In this document: positions 29,001 through 43,944 of the stretch, piece by piece
Numbering within the stretch: the stretch's first letter is position 1
Layout: each line of letters starts with the position of its first letter
Source of the DNA: Eledone cirrhosa
Lineage: Eukaryota
Assembly (NCBI GenBank): GCA_964016885.1
Contig: OZ024743.1
Location: 195,052,001 to 195,116,000 of the forward strand
Direction: 5' to 3'
Length of the DNA: 64,000 bases
Made by a program: the position numbers and the translations under genes
Notes under the pieces: model-generated
Databases searched by the model: none
Told to the model about the DNA's origin: nothing
The model's input: the letters and a program-made list of their open reading frames with translations, nothing else

Positions 29001-30739
29001 TCATACGCCAGAATAATTTAAAGGTCATCCACTAAGCCTAGAAACAAACATCTTGTAGATGACATCATCATGCACCTCTTGAGTTGACCTGTATTTCGTA
29101 TAGATGCTTGCAGAAGTAAAAATAAAAGAGTGTGAGTGACTTATTTTAATGTTACTAAAAGTTACTAAGAGTTTATGGCGCTGAGAATCTGTAAATTTGT
29201 AACATTGATCTCGCTCAGTACGAAAGAATTCTATTGATGACATTAGCATGCACTTGTAAAATCACGTCGGGCATATAATGTGAAGTAAGTTGAACGAACG
29301 TTTGAAATGATATACAACATGTATGTGGCTATGATATATTTTCCGGACACCTTCGACTGGCGGAACGAAGGAAGAAATATATTTTCAGACTTGAGCCTTA
29401 GTCTGTCTGATAGCAGTAGACTGGACTCTGCTGATAAGAGCCAAATGTCAGGTGCAAGCATTAAACCGTGATGGATTAACTCAAATATCTAAGAACATGT
29501 GCAGTTAATCTGATTGTCTTCCGTTTACTTACTCATTCATTCAGAAGTCTCTGGTTGTAAAGATGGATCAATCTCACGGACAATTGTAAAGCAAGATCGC
29601 CACCAAACGAACTTTTATTTCATAGTAACCCTAAAGTTTGCTGATACTCCGCCTGTATAAAGTATGATTGTTCAATTACATAGAAAATACAGTTTTACCC
29701 AAGACATCCTGGTTCTCGGAATATTTGTTAAATATATATAACAGTTTCCAGTACCTGTACAATTAGAGATAAATTTCTAGATTCCTCTTGTAGTAGAGTG
29801 GAATGTCTTTCTTCATCTTGTAATAATCTTCAGAGGAAATATTTGCGAAACTTTTGTTAATGAGTCATAAGTGTCTTTAACCAACTCTAGTCTTATAGAT
29901 TATAAAATACAGCCAAAGTAAAAATATTTTTCGTTTACATGAACTGTAAACCACATAATTATTCTTCTTTAATTTTGGAGTAGTTAAGAATAATATTTAA
30001 TGTACACAAATGGGTTCCTGTTTATATAACTCATATAACCTCATTCAAATTAAACATTATATAACGTCACAAAGGACAACGAATAACATTAATTAGTTGA
30101 TGTTATCAATTCAAACGTTCATGTAATGGGTATAATTATAACAAAATAAATTGAAATAATATATTGTGACAAACTTCCGTAAGAAATATTTGATATTGAT
30201 GAATGCGATTCGGCTCTAGTAGCTTATCATTTCATCAGTCTATGTCTGCCTATTAGTAAATCGATTATATTGGAGTCGTAATGGCATGCACTGAATAACA
30301 ACATTCCTGTCAATGAAACAATATGGAAACCACAGAAACTGGTGATTCATTTCGTTAATATCCTTAACTTATCGTCTTTATGCTTTCGTACAGACATCTG
30401 AAGAACTACATAATAAAAATCATAGTAGCGACTGAATGAACCATCAGCTTTGAATAAATGCATAAACCATACTACTAATGTCTAACGGCTAAATCACGCA
30501 CGTTTTTATAATTATATTCCTATCTCCCGGTAAATCAACCCACACCCACAAGAATCACTGCTATAGGACCGTCACCAGGCTGCACTCATCGTAATACGTA
30601 GTTTATAATAATTATCCGACGACAAACCATAAGAGACAACTGCGCTTGAATTGAATAAAGGTAATATTAAAACAGACGGAAGCAAATAAAATGTATCACG
30701 ATACAAATGTATTATTTAACAAATTACAAAATATGGCAT

Positions 30740-30865
30740 GGTTAGCTTTGCCTTTCATCCTTATGTGGTCGAGAAAATAAAGCACCAGTAACACACTGGG
30801 GTCGATTCAATCGACTCTCCCATCCCCTGAAATTGCTGGCGCTGTGCCTAAATCAGAAATCCTTC
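30740..30865 (+). mobile_element. SINE 3' fragment
   Basis: ctttgcctttcatccttatgtggtcgagaaaataaagcaccagt...gctgtgcctaaatcagaaa. Confidence 0.8.
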
Positions 30866-31851
30866 TATAACAAATCATATCACACACATTGTAACACAAA
30901 ACGAATAAAACTATCTAGCATATACTTTAAATTTGAAAATAATAATTTGAAGTAAGTGATCATGCAACAAATACCTAGAATGATTACTACATATCAAATT
31001 ATCCTGAATTATGTTGAAAATAGCTCAACGCCCTACCTGGAAGCGGCCGATGCTAGAGACCACACCCTATCTGTGACCGTTAATGACAGCATTGTATCGT
31101 CTGTCATCAAACATATCACAACCACCACAATCCCAGCAGGTGCTTCTCTCCACCGTTACCCCTTACAACAATTACGTACGCCCAACCTGAACTATTCCGT
31201 GCACATTCAGGCAGAGATGAATCACGAAAGATGACAACTATCCAAGCCAACAGTTAAAATGATAGAATTAACATGTTTATGGAAAACTGAAAACCATCTG
31301 TCCCCCATCATTCCCGATGTTTAGCCATTCACTACATAACTACACACACGGAAATAGACCTTAACCTTGTTAAACTCTCCCCTTTCATACCAATGCTACG
31401 ACAAAAGAGTACTTGCCTAAACATATAGCATGGTAGTATCATACCCCCCGCCGCCCCCCGCCACCGTACCATATTACGAATATACTACATATTTTCAACC
31501 GTTCAACACATTGGCAGAGGTATAGAGTCCTCATGAAGGGTAATGTCCCAGAAACATATTCATTATTCTTCAATGCCAGGGTTGAACAAACGGATGACGA
31601 TTTGTCATCGGCACGGCACAGCTTTCATCGGGCCGTTTGTTTACAAACGAATCGAATATTATTAATGTTCGATATAACCCATACATATATATGTTTATGT
31701 ATATATATATATATGTGTGTGTATATATATATATGTATATGTATAAGGAGACGATCGACTTTCGTCAAATCGGACCGAGGGAACAATGTTTCCGTTGGTC
31801 TTTCCAATTGCTAATACTATCTATCGGTCGCAACTCCAGGTAGAAGAAGCA

Positions 31852-32641
31852 ATGAAAGTATATACTCTCCTTATGCATATTAACGACTGAGCAGCCTAAT
31901 TTGCATATCGAGTGAGTTAATCAGCTGGGGGCACCGAAAACGATAAACGGAAAAAATGAAACGAAATTTCATTTCTCACTCTTAGCACGGCTGTTACTTT
32001 GTTTGTTTACAAACACACCGAGCATTATAATAAATGTTCGGTGAATCCATACGTACATATATATATATATATATGTGTGCATGTATGTATGTATATATAC
32101 ATACTACTGTACGTCTGTATACATATATATATGTACGTATACATACTTATATTTAAGTAACAGCCTTACTAAGTGTGAGAAATGAAATTTCGTTTCATTT
32201 TTTCCGTTTATCGTTTTCGGTGCGCCAGACCGATTAACTCACTCGATATGCAAATTAGGCTGCTCACCCGTTAATATGCATAAGGAAAGTATATACTTTC
32301 AGACGTTCAATCATCTGGCAGGAAGGTATACATTGCTGACGATAGCTAATAAGCTTGAAACTAGTACAGTGTTCCTTTGTCAGTGTTGAACAAATGAGCA
32401 ACGATGGTTACTAGACAGTGTACGGTTTAATTCGGCATGTTTGTTTACAAACACACCGAGCTTTGTAATAAATGTTCGATGAATCCATACGTACATATAC
32501 ATATGTGTGCATGTATGTATATATATATACATACTACTGTACGTCTGTATACATATATGTATGTTCGTATACATACTTATATTTAAGTAACAGCCGTACT
32601 AAGAGTGAGAAATGAAATTTCGTTTCATTTTTTCCGTTTAT
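31852..32641 (+). mobile_element. Non-coding ~435-bp-unit element: 5' inverted segment + partial tandem, hammerhead-bearing (family B)
   Basis: 31852-31999 is the reverse complement of 32155-32302. 32001-32211 is repeated at 32439-32641. Confidence 0.85.
32330..32372 (+). ncRNA. Minimal type I hammerhead ribozyme (intact core)
   Basis: acattg CTGACGA tagc taataa gct t GAAA ctag TA cagtgt: 6-bp stem I, 3-bp stem II, palindromic CTAG in place of stem III. Predicted cleavage after A32366. Confidence 0.85.
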
Positions 32642-32815
32642 ATATATATATATGTATATATGGGACTTGGAGCATTGGGTTCCATACACACACATATATA
32701 CATAATTAATACACACATACACATATATATATATATATAATAGAATATATATATATATATATATACATATACATACATATTATGGTCCACCTGGTTCCTT
32801 ACCACACTTTCTTCG

Positions 32816-33675
<860 letters not shown>

Positions 33676-33826
33676 AGTACATTTACCAACATATGTGTAC
33701 AGATGTTCACCTATGCTAGCAAATATAATTTAGTCCATGCTAGCTTTATTCCATCCACTGAATTATTATTATTTTTATATGAGTTCCTAGTGTCCGCGCA
33801 TGGCCTGGGAACTTAGCTGAGAATAG

Positions 33827-33908
33827 ACTCCCTGATGACGTATGGAATTCTCTATAGTTATATTATGTAACTATATTTATTCCCATACAGAAACTAATTA
33901 GTTGGAGT
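33827..33908 (+). ncRNA. Type I hammerhead ribozyme (family C, copy 1)
   Basis: actcc CTGATGA c gtatgg..tatagtta tattatg taactata..ccatac a GAAA ctaattag TT ggagt. Confidence 0.85.
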
Positions 33909-34361
33909 GAAAATTTTAGTAAGTAAGTTGATTTTTAATTTTTTAAATTTTCTTATTTTACGTCTTTCATATAATTGTTCTGCATCCCCCTGCATAGAAC
34001 CACAAAGGTATTACGACATAACATATATATTTGCTAGCATAGGTGAACATCTGTACACATATGTTGGTAAATGTACTAATTCTCTATATTTATCTCCAAA
34101 TTATTTGTTGAGCAAAACCCAAAATTTACTGCTAATTCATGGTAGTAGTAGGCTCTTGTCATAATACCACCCCGCTCCTAACTGTTTAACCTCAGTGTCA
34201 CGTGATTGATTCTTTAGAATCTGCCACTGACCAGAGGCAGTGAACTTTTTAAGTGCTCTGGAATTTAGTCCACGCTAGCTTTATTCCATCCACTGAATTA
34301 TTATTATTTTTATATGATTTCCTAGTGTCCGCGTATCGCCTGGGAACTTAGCTGAGAATAG

Positions 34362-34443
34362 ACTCCCTGATGACGTATGGAATTCCCTATAGTTATATTA
34401 TGTAACTATATTTATCCCCATACAGAAACTAATTAGTTGGAGT
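34362..34443 (+). ncRNA. Type I hammerhead ribozyme (family C, copy 2)
   Basis: Same core and stems, 535 bp downstream of copy 1. Confidence 0.85.
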
Positions 34444-34820
34444 GAACATTTTAGTAAGTAAGTTGATTTTTAATTTTTAAAATGTTCTTATTTTACGTCT
34501 TTCATATATATATATATTAGAAAATAGAATAGCTTTCACCGTATTTTTTTGACTAAAGAATTTTTAGTCTGATAATGGGGTTTAGAACCCTCAGATAAAT
34601 GGAAAAAGATGAGTATTGATGTACAAAACATACTTACTTGATATATATATATATATATATATATATAATAGAACGTTACTCCCCGGTGGATGAACTGTTG
34701 CCGTGGAACAGTAGCATTGTACAATAACTACACTCTGATTTCTTATGTAGCAGAACAATTATCAGAACAATTGTCTTCCTAGACTAAATTTACAATCTAT
34801 ACACACGTAAACACAAAGAG

Positions 34821-34972
<152 letters not shown>

Positions 34973-36013
34973 GAAGAGCTTGTGTTATTGATTTGAAAAT
35001 TCCGGATTTATCCTATACCCGGATAGATTTAGTATGCAAACCATCCTGTGTATGATAATTCAATGCAATATTAATGATAATTCTATGCAGAGAATGCTGC
35101 CAACTGAGATATTTCAGGGAAATCAAGTGGTAGAATTATAACACTTCGAATTTTAATGACATAGAATAGTAGGTTTTAATTTCAGAAAACCTAAGCTTTT
35201 CTTTTTGTTTGTTTTAAAATTATGAAATTGCTAGCAGCACTTTTGAAGAGGAGATTAGGAATACTACCCAGGATAGTACTGGAGATGATAATGTTAATAA
35301 ATGAAAAACAAACTCAGAAGTGATATCAATCCTATTTTCTCTGGAGGCTCAGTTTATATTTACACTCAATGATCATATACCCAATTCATACATAAAAAGT
35401 TAAACAATACAATTCAAATTATAATATCGAAATTGTATTCATCTGAATTTGATAAAAGTTTATAGCTACGCATATATAGCAATATTTCCTGTTAAGGAAA
35501 ATTGATCACGTCAACTCAACAGTTATAGGGCATCGGCATTCAGGTAGATAACATCTTTGACTTTGAAGGCTGTCCGCCTTATTGATTGCTTGTATTATAT
35601 CGATAACAAATGATTCTGTCTTCATAGAATCGGTAGAGCTTGAAACAAAATCGATTGTGATAATCGTTCCAGTTCTTTAATTTCATTTTTGGATTTAAAA
35701 TATTCTAATGTCATCTTTGACATTTATCCATGTTGGGGTTATAAATAAATAACAAGTTAAATACTGGGTTCGGTATAATGGAATCACCCGCGACCATCAA
35801 ACGTGGTTTGACAAAAATCACGAGTAAATAGAAATTCACATAACAAATACTTACATTGAATTTTGGAGATCCCCGGGAAGTAGATAATGCATGCTGGTTG
35901 AGTCGGAATGTGAATTGTTTTGACTGAATTTAACTGGATTTAACATGCTTTCCCACGTAAATGTCTAAGTGTGTGTTTGAAAAACACCGAATATGTTTGT
36001 TTTATATCATATA

Positions 36014-37741
36014 CTAGCAGTAAAGCCCGGCGTTGCTCGGGGTCGCTCAGTAGCTGTGTTAAAGTTACAATGTAAGTTTCTTTTTTGGCTTAAAAACTGT
36101 AGTGTCTACTGTGCAGACTTGCATGTGGTGTTTTTGATTAATATTCCCTCAACCAACAATATGCCTTATGAAGTTAAGAAAACATAACGATAACTCGAAT
36201 GTTATAACAAAAGAGGATGCTGGGGATAGAAACTGCACTGGTTATTTATTAACAAAGATCGAAAATGTAAACACTGCAACGCAGAGAAGAACATTAGCGT
36301 AACCAAATTATCAGTTATGTCTGTCTGCACGCCTATATCACCTTTTTGCACGACTGTCTGTCTGCACGCCTGAAATATTTGCTTGTTTTACGTAGTCTTT
36401 AAATAGACTTGTTTTCAAGTAAAAATATTGTTTTAAAATGCTTTTAAATGGAAATGAAGCAAAACGGAAGCTTAGTGTTCGAACTGATGAATTTTGCAGG
36501 TCAATATTTTGCTGGCTCGACAACTGTTCGTGTATTGTGTTAATGTCATTTTAAACGCTGAGAAAGCCAGCGTAATTTTTTACGTAAGACGCTCAATGTA
36601 AACAGAACAAAGGGAAATAACTGATAACTTACGCTCAAAAATCGATACATTATATTCGATTTCGTCACATAGGGTGGGTCAATTTGAAATATTTTTTTTC
36701 CGATGTCTTCGCGAGGGCTCAATGTACAAGTATAGCAATTTCGGTGCAATTCCGTCAGAGATTCTAAGAGGAGATGTGTGCCAAAAATCGATAGACAGAC
36801 AGACAACCACAGTTTTATATATATAGACTAGCAGTAAAGCCCGGCGTTGCTCGGGGTCGCTCAGTAGCTGTGTTAAAGTTACAATGTTAAGTTTCTTTTT
36901 TGGCTTAAAAACTGTAGTGTCTACTGTGCAGACTTGCATGTGGTGTTTTTGATTAATATTCCCTCAACCAACAATATGCCTTATGAAGTTAAGAAAACAT
37001 AACGATAACTCGAATGTTATAACAAAAGAGGATGCTGGGGATAAAAACTGCACTGGTTACTTATTAACAAAGATCGAAAATGTAAACACTGCAACGCAGA
37101 GAAAAACATTAGCGTAACCAAATTATCAGTTATGTCTGTCTGCACGCCTATATCACCTCTCTGCACGACTGTCTGTCTGCACGCCTATATCACCTCTCTG
37201 CACGACTGTCTGTCTGCACGCCTATATCACCTCTCTGCACGACTGTCTGTCTGCACGCGTATATCACCTCTCTGCACGACTGTCTGTCTGCACGACTGTC
37301 TGTATGCACGCCTAACGACGAAATATTTGCTTGTTTTACGTAGTCTTTAAATAGACTTGTTTTCAAGTAAAAATATTGTTTTAAAATGCTTTTAAATGGA
37401 AATGAAGCAAAACGGAAGCTTAGTGTTCGAACTGATGAATTTTGCAGGTCAATATGTTGCTGGCTCGACAACTGTTAAAGCCAGCGTAATTGTTTACGTA
37501 AGACGCTCAATGTAAACAGAACAAAGGGAAATAACTGATAACTTACGCTCAAAAATCGATACATTATATTCGATTTCGTCACATAGGGTGGGTCAATTTG
37601 AAATTTTTTTTTTCCGATATCTTCGCTAGGGCTCAATGTACAAGTATAGCAATTTCGGTGCAATTCCGTCAGAGATTCTAAGAGGAGATGTGTGCCAAAA
37701 ATCGATAGACAGACAGACAACCACAGTTTTATATATATAGA
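36014..37741 (-). mobile_element. Non-autonomous Helitron, head-to-tail dimer (36014-36827 and 36828-37741)
   Basis: On the minus strand each unit starts TCtatatatataaaa and ends with the hairpin cccgagcaacgccggg plus CTAG. The junction is exactly CTAG|TC, and the dimer sits between A and T with no target-site duplication. Confidence 0.9.
37132..37312. repeat. 37-bp minisatellite inside the Helitron
   Basis: tgtctgtctgcacgcctatatcacctctctgcacgac occurs about 4 times plus partials here, versus ~1.4 copies at 36318-36371. Confidence 0.9.
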
Positions 37742-37954
37742 TTGTGTTAATCATTCTATGTTTTATGTTATACTTATATCGTGTTTTAGTCGTCATTTAA
37801 TCTGCCTATTGCATATCATTTTGGCGGCTACCCTCATTTTTGTATAACTTTGTCTGTCCAGCACCACATGTATTGTATTCCCTATGTGTGTAATCGTCAC
37901 CTTATACTACGAGCAAACGCCTGTAGTTAACAAAGGAATCATTATAATTATCAT

Positions 37955-40425
37955 TTTGAAAATTCTTTTGAATTTTGGTTCTTTCCCATATCATGCAGAA
38001 TATCAACTTAACATCCGAGGCAAAATTTAGTAATACACACATTTTACAATGAATTGTCATACGAATGATATCACAAGGGCATAATCAATAGAAAATATTC
38101 ATATTCGCTGATATTTTGGATTCTTTGCCGCGTATTTTACGATCTGATGGAATGCTACTAACAATAAAGAAGAATGTTCTTTTTATGGACCTTCATAATT
38201 ATATCCGGTCTATTGGCCTTGATCGATCCTTCGATGTTCACAGGGAAATTCCATAGGTTTGTCACATTCTGGCCTAATACTGCATCAGAATGTACCATTT
38301 TCCTTCTGCATTTACACAATAAATTTTGCATATTACACAGTGTTAATATTTATCTATCATGCCTCGATTTACATTCCTGGGAAGTTAATAGATTTCCACC
38401 TGAACCAGGTGATCAATGGTCTCAACATGCTTATCGCAGAATCGTCATCTTCGGTCAATCCCATTTCTTGCGCGTTGAAAGATGCTATTTTGTGCAGCCA
38501 AAATAAAGCCTTTACTCTCTGCTTTTAGCCCAGAAATCCGCAACAACTGATGGGAGAGTGATTGATCTACATCAGGTTCTTTGCTACCGAGAACATACTT
38601 CACATCTAGTGTGTAGTTTTCGTTGAACTTCATGTCTTGTCAACATTTTAATGTTTTTTTGCAGATATAATTGCAGAATCACAATTATTGTCGCAATGTA
38701 TTCCGCAAACTTCCTACTTTGCTTTGTGATTGAATGCAACTACTTCTTCAATTCATTATCTGCAACCATTTTCAACATCCAATCATCTATAGTTTTAAGG
38801 GAATTGTTTGTGTTCAATGGTAGATATTTTGTATGACAGCTCCAGCTCGATCCTTCCGCTTCCCACATTTTGTATAGGGAGTTAAAGATGGTACACATCT
38901 GCTTTTGGGTGATATAATTTATTGCTGGTTATGGGTTTACTGATTTTGGTGTCCATTTTCTATATTTCCCTAACGTTCCAAATTATGATATTGAAACTGA
39001 AGGTGACAACTGGGATTACAAGCGCATACATGGCAGATATTTTATTCTTTTAGTTGAACTCAGGTTTCATGACAGTACATATTCTCCGGTGGCATTCCTT
39101 CCAGATTTTCTCTTTATGCTGGCCTGACGAATACCTTGGTTTTCATTGATCCCTTGATATCTGTAGGTTTGTTCCAGTCCGTGTTCCTTAATTACTGTAT
39201 TCATATCTATCTCCATTGACTTTGTTCTTGTCATTCTGCATTTCTTGAACATTTTTCGAACATTTTTCAATGCAAACTCCATCCCTACATCATCGATGAA
39301 TACCTATACTGTCTTCAACAGTCCTTTCAATTCGCTGTCAATTTTGACATACTGTTTCACGCCATCCACAACAGAGGGTTTATAGTTTTGTTGTCTATTT
39401 TGTAGCCATATTTTGCTTTTTTGTGCACTAGAGAGTGTGGTATATGTATAATGCAAAATGTCAGAGGAGAAAACGAATCACCATGAAAAATACCAGTAAT
39501 AATTATGTTGCTGGAATTTACAGTTAAGTCATTGTGTGGCAGTGATAGATGTGTATTCCATACAAATGTTGTATTTAAGGAAGTTGAATATACTGGGGAA
39601 ATTTTCAGAACATCCAAGTTTTCAAAATCCATCAGTGGGGAACACTATCAAATACATTTTTATAGTTAATACAACAGTTCTGAAATTTCTTTGCTTCTTA
39701 TGACAGATTTCTAGAATCATATTGTTAATGATAAGTTACTGTTTGCAAACGCAAGACCCAAGGTGACCTCCTTTCTGCTCAACTGGGAAAAGATGAATTT
39801 CACAAATAAATATGTAGGTTGTCTCAGTTAAGTTTGAGATTAAAATGTTGTATGATTTGGGAAGGGAAGTAATAGTACTATAATCTTTTGGAATATTTGT
39901 TTCTGTCGTTTGGCAAGAGATACGTTACACCTTGTGCAAACCAATCAGGAGTTTAATCTTATATTTACAGTTAGTCTTGTTACGCATATAATGCTGTTTA
40001 ACGTACTTACATCCTGGGGGTCATCGACACTCAGGCATTGTTGTAGTGCGACATTATATATATCAATGATTTTCATGTTAGACTTTGTGGGTTGCATTTT
40101 TGGTGATATTTCATGTCATACAATTCCATGTGACGGTCTCTGCTTCCTGCCTCATTTTTTATTTTTGTGAAATATTCTGGTGGAGATTCATGTTCAAGTT
40201 CCTTTCCTTTTATTTCTGAGATTATGTAACAGTGTTCAGCTGTTCAGGCTGGTTATTGTTGGTCTGTATAGGGTTACCCTTTATTTATAATTTTGGTTGC
40301 ATGCTTCATGACCTTTATATTATCAACAATTATATTATCTTTGGTAATGGAACCGTTCCTTATGGCGTGTTTGATCCAATTCTGATGTGGTAAGTCTCTT
40401 ATTTCACATGATATCTCTGCGCTCA
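37955..40425 (-). mobile_element. Dong/R4-clade non-LTR retrotransposon, heavily decayed
   Basis: Minus-strand fragments GIFHGDSFSPLTFC (39357-39632), GLKAESKGFILAAQ (38445-38633) and KANRPDI (RLE, ~38200). Confidence 0.8.
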
Positions 40426-42964
40426 TTAGAGAGTTTAATTGCATCTATGAAGAACCTTGCGTCCAATCGCATGGACCAATCGTATAGGGTCATCTAGATC
40501 GTATATAGAGAGGATTTTCATTAGAAAGGTAGATAGAAATTGCGTAGGCTGTCCACGCTTTAAAACGGTCCCCTATTCAGATCACAGGTTTTGATCTGCA
40601 TAGTCGACCTAGATAAGACGCGTAGGTTAGAACCTGGACACTGGAAGCTGAACATGTCGTTTGCCGCACGTATGGCTTACATGGATTTACTTAAGCAAAG
40701 GTTGACAGAGGGGAGGGGGGAAGTGTCGTCAACAAGAGATGGTGAGGTGCTCTCAAAAAAGCGATTAGAGTAATTTCGATAGGGTTTAGCAAAGAAGTAA
40801 CGTTAGAGAAAGATGGAAAGGAGTGGAGTAGCTAAGGTAGACGAGGCTATTTGTAGTCGCATTGTAATTGACGTGCTAACGGCGAGAGTGGCATTAGACC
40901 ATTTCTTCAATGTGAAACGCGAAAATTGCATTGGCAGAGCTAAGGCGCGTGCTCTGAGAAACAAGGGAACCAAAGCTGTTCGATGGGTCCACGTGGCAGA
41001 GGCACAGCGTGGTAATAAAACCTCAATTCAGTCTTTGACGGACCGTGACGGACACGAGCTGAGCGATTCGAGGCGGTCGTGTGAGGCCTTTCGCCAGCAC
41101 TTTGTTCGGTTGATCGGGGGGTTGGGGTGGCAGATCAGAGACGGTAGCGGACTTTATTCTCTACCTCACCGGCTTGCCGCGCCTCTCGACGGCCGACGCT
41201 GAGAGCTGCGAAAGGCCGACAGCTTCAGCCAAAATTCGGGATGCCCTTGTCGGCTGCACGTGGTGCAAGTCACCCAGTTTCGATGGTCTGCCCTACGAGC
41301 TTTACGTATATATGCCAGGCTTGTTCTCCAATCTCCTCGAAGCACCCTACTACAACTGGCAGCAGAACGGGAGTATTCCAAGTTATGTGAGTCGTGTTGT
41401 AATGACGCTGATAAGGAAAGACGAGAACAAGAGGGACATATTAGATAACTTCAGGTCCATAACTCTGGTCAACACAGAGTTTAAGATTTTGGCCAAGGTG
41501 TTAGCGAAGAGGTTGGCGCTTTTCGTCGAAGATTTGGTTGAGGCGGTGCAAAATTGCGCAATCCTGATCATGTCCATACACGACAACCTCCACCTCATGC
41601 GATACATCATAGAGAGCGTAGAGTGTAAACCTTCATTTCTGCTGGTGCTCTGATCAGTTTAGATCAATCGAAAGTTTTCGATAGGATCGACCATCCGTAC
41701 CTGGAGACAGTCCTCAAGGCAGCTGGCTTCGGCCGCGTCTTTAGAAGCTCGATCGCTGCAATGCACAACGGCATTTACTGGGTGTTCAAAGTTAATGGCA
41801 ACCTCTCGGAATCGTTCCTGATCTCCCGATCGGTCCGACAATGATGCCCTCTTTCCTCCCTTCTGTACGTATTGACTCTTGAGCCTTTAGTGCGAAAGCT
41901 GGAGCTGTTGCTGTACATCCCTCTCGAACCGGGACGTGGAAAGGCTATGTCGGGTTATGCGGACGACATCACCGTGATGGTGTCGGGCACATCGGAAATT
42001 GAAGTGGCCAACTCGTCTCATCGGCTGAGCTGCAGTCCTGGTTCAAGAAGGGACTGAGATGGGTGACTGGCATCTGGAATGTTTCCAGGAACTTACTGCC
42101 ATTTACCGGGCGGGCAATGGGGTCAGTGGAATTTCCACTCTCGAGATCTATAGAGGATTAGTGGTAGGCAAATGCGACGACGTACTCGAAGAGTCTCTGG
42201 GTGTCGACGAAGTCGCAGTAACAAGTCTGTTCCGGAGGACTTTCGAGCCAGGGACGATGGATAAGTTTCAGAAATCCCTCGCTTGGCAGTGCTAACAGAG
42301 GACACTGCCCGTTCGATATAAACTCTACAGGCACGAAAGTGCTGTTTGACGGACCTACTCGAAATGCGCATAGAGTGACGAAATCATTCTGCACGCACTC
42401 TTCTACTGTCCGTGCATTACTGACTTGTAGAGTTGTGTCGAACAGCTGTTGTCGCGTGTAGAACGGATCCGGCTATCGGCCGAGACCATAGCAATTTTTC
42501 TGCCTGGTGGCAGTACCGAAAGAGATTGTATGGTGGACCAGGTTGAAAGGACTGAAGACAGACACTTTTTTCTTCGGCCAATTCCTCATCAACCTTTTCA
42601 AATTTAATTGGAAAGGAAGGTGAGGGTGGAGAGAAAAGTGCTGCCCCCGAACATTTGCTGAAATGTGGGTGAATAGGGCGAGAATGGCCTGTGTGAGTGG
42701 GCCTACACTGATTATGCGCGTGTAGGCTGGTGTATTTGAGGAAGAGAGGGGTGCCCTTCTCGGGTATCCCCTTAGCGTCGAGTGGTTCAAGATTGGGAAG
42801 TTACCTGAATCAACCCTAGGGGATTAATTATCCCTCCTATTGGTGTATTTTCATTGTAGTATTTTTCTTGTCTATTGTTATTGTTTTTTTATTTTTTAAT
42901 CGATTTTTGTGTAAAAACCCCCACTGTTACCTATATGTCGGCCCTTGTCTCCAATAATTGACAC

Positions 42965-43000
<36 letters not shown>
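40426..43000 (+). mobile_element. Tx1/L1-clade LINE, 5'-truncated and decayed, with (ATT)n tail
   Basis: PGHWKLN, KSPSFDGLPYELY, NFRSITLVNTEFKILAKVLAKRL, GYADD and KFQKSLAWQC are collinear with the 44.8-47.8 kb copy. Internal deletion near 42005. Confidence 0.88.
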
Positions 43001-43004
43001 CATT

Positions 43005-43491
43005 TTTATTTTCTTTCATTAATGGTTCTGAGATGTATGCCGAGTGTCTTCCTGACACCTAGGGCAAATAAATTCAGTGTGCATTGGTAAGCCATTTAAT
43101 ACAGCACATTGATTATAATTTTAAAAAAAAAAAAAAAACAGTATACATATATACACATGTGCATATGCATATGTAAATACAAGGAGGGATATCAATCTTA
43201 CGGAGATAGTGCTCTTCTCAATACGTGTTTCAGTACCATTCGAAACAATTTTTTGCACTTCGTGCAGAGATGGTAAAGCAGGAATAATTCGCAAATATTG
43301 TTCTGTTCCTTTCTTGATCATTCCCACTCCTCCCACAATCACTGGTATTGTAACGACCTTGAAGTGCCACATTTTATCAATTTCAATAAGCAGATCATTA
43401 TATTTTCGTAGCTTATCAAATTCTTTTGCCGCGATATTGTGATCATATGGGATGCTCATATCTATCAATAAACAGACCTTGTTGTGTTGTA
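43005..43491 (-). mobile_element. Dong/R4-clade 3' fragment (RLE C-terminus)
   Basis: ORF 43121-43519: CLLIDMSIPYDHNIAAKEFDKLRKYNDLLIEIDKMW...IPVIVGGVG. Confidence 0.85.
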
Positions 43492-43690
43492 GCAGTATCA
43501 GTAGAGGGTTGTATGCCATGCTTTCTAGTATAGTTACGTCCCTTTACGGTTTGAGTTTAAATCCCATCGAGGTTAACTTTGCCTTTCATCCTTACGGAGA
43601 GTCGATAAAATAAAGTGCCAGTAATGTACTGGGAAATTGCGGGCCTGGTGCCAAAAGTTGAAAAAAAGTATTATTATTATTATTATTATT
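43492..43690 (+). mobile_element. tRNA-derived SINE with (ATT)n tail
   Basis: gcagtatcagtagagg...gtcgataaaataaagtgccagt...cctggtgccaaaag, then (att)n. Confidence 0.85.
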
Positions 43691-43944
43691 ACAGTTGCAT
43701 TTATCTTGCTTTATGTTCATACGAGTTATCACCAAGTCACAACCAGTGACCTCAAGAGACAACAAGGTCCGCCATGTTCAAGAAAGAACATACATACTCA
43801 CACATGCATCTTTAGTGTTTAGACTTGTGATGTACTTATATTGACAGAATCTTCCTTAGTATATGGGCAGTTCCCATTAGTACTATCTTTTGTATTTCTC
43901 CTATACGCGGGTTTCCTGGGATTTGCGATAAGTAATCATTAGAC
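43691..43944 (-). mobile_element. 250-bp 3' end of a Dong/R4 element, same family as 48043-51043
   Basis: Aligns by eye to 48043-48291 with roughly a dozen differences. Confidence 0.85.

Larger units (their letters stand above)
33672..34505 (+). mobile_element. Non-coding 535-bp-unit element: short 5' inversion + partial tandem with two hammerheads (family C)
   Basis: 33672-33728 is the reverse complement of 34027-34082. 33728-33972 is repeated at 34263-34505 (period 535). Confidence 0.88.

Noticed and set aside
29755-29944. Possible minus-strand exon with plausible splice signals
   Set aside because: Stop codons occur in all three frames.
37132-37312. CRISPR-like 37-bp repeats
   Set aside because: The repeats are contiguous with no spacers, in a eukaryotic context with no cas genes.
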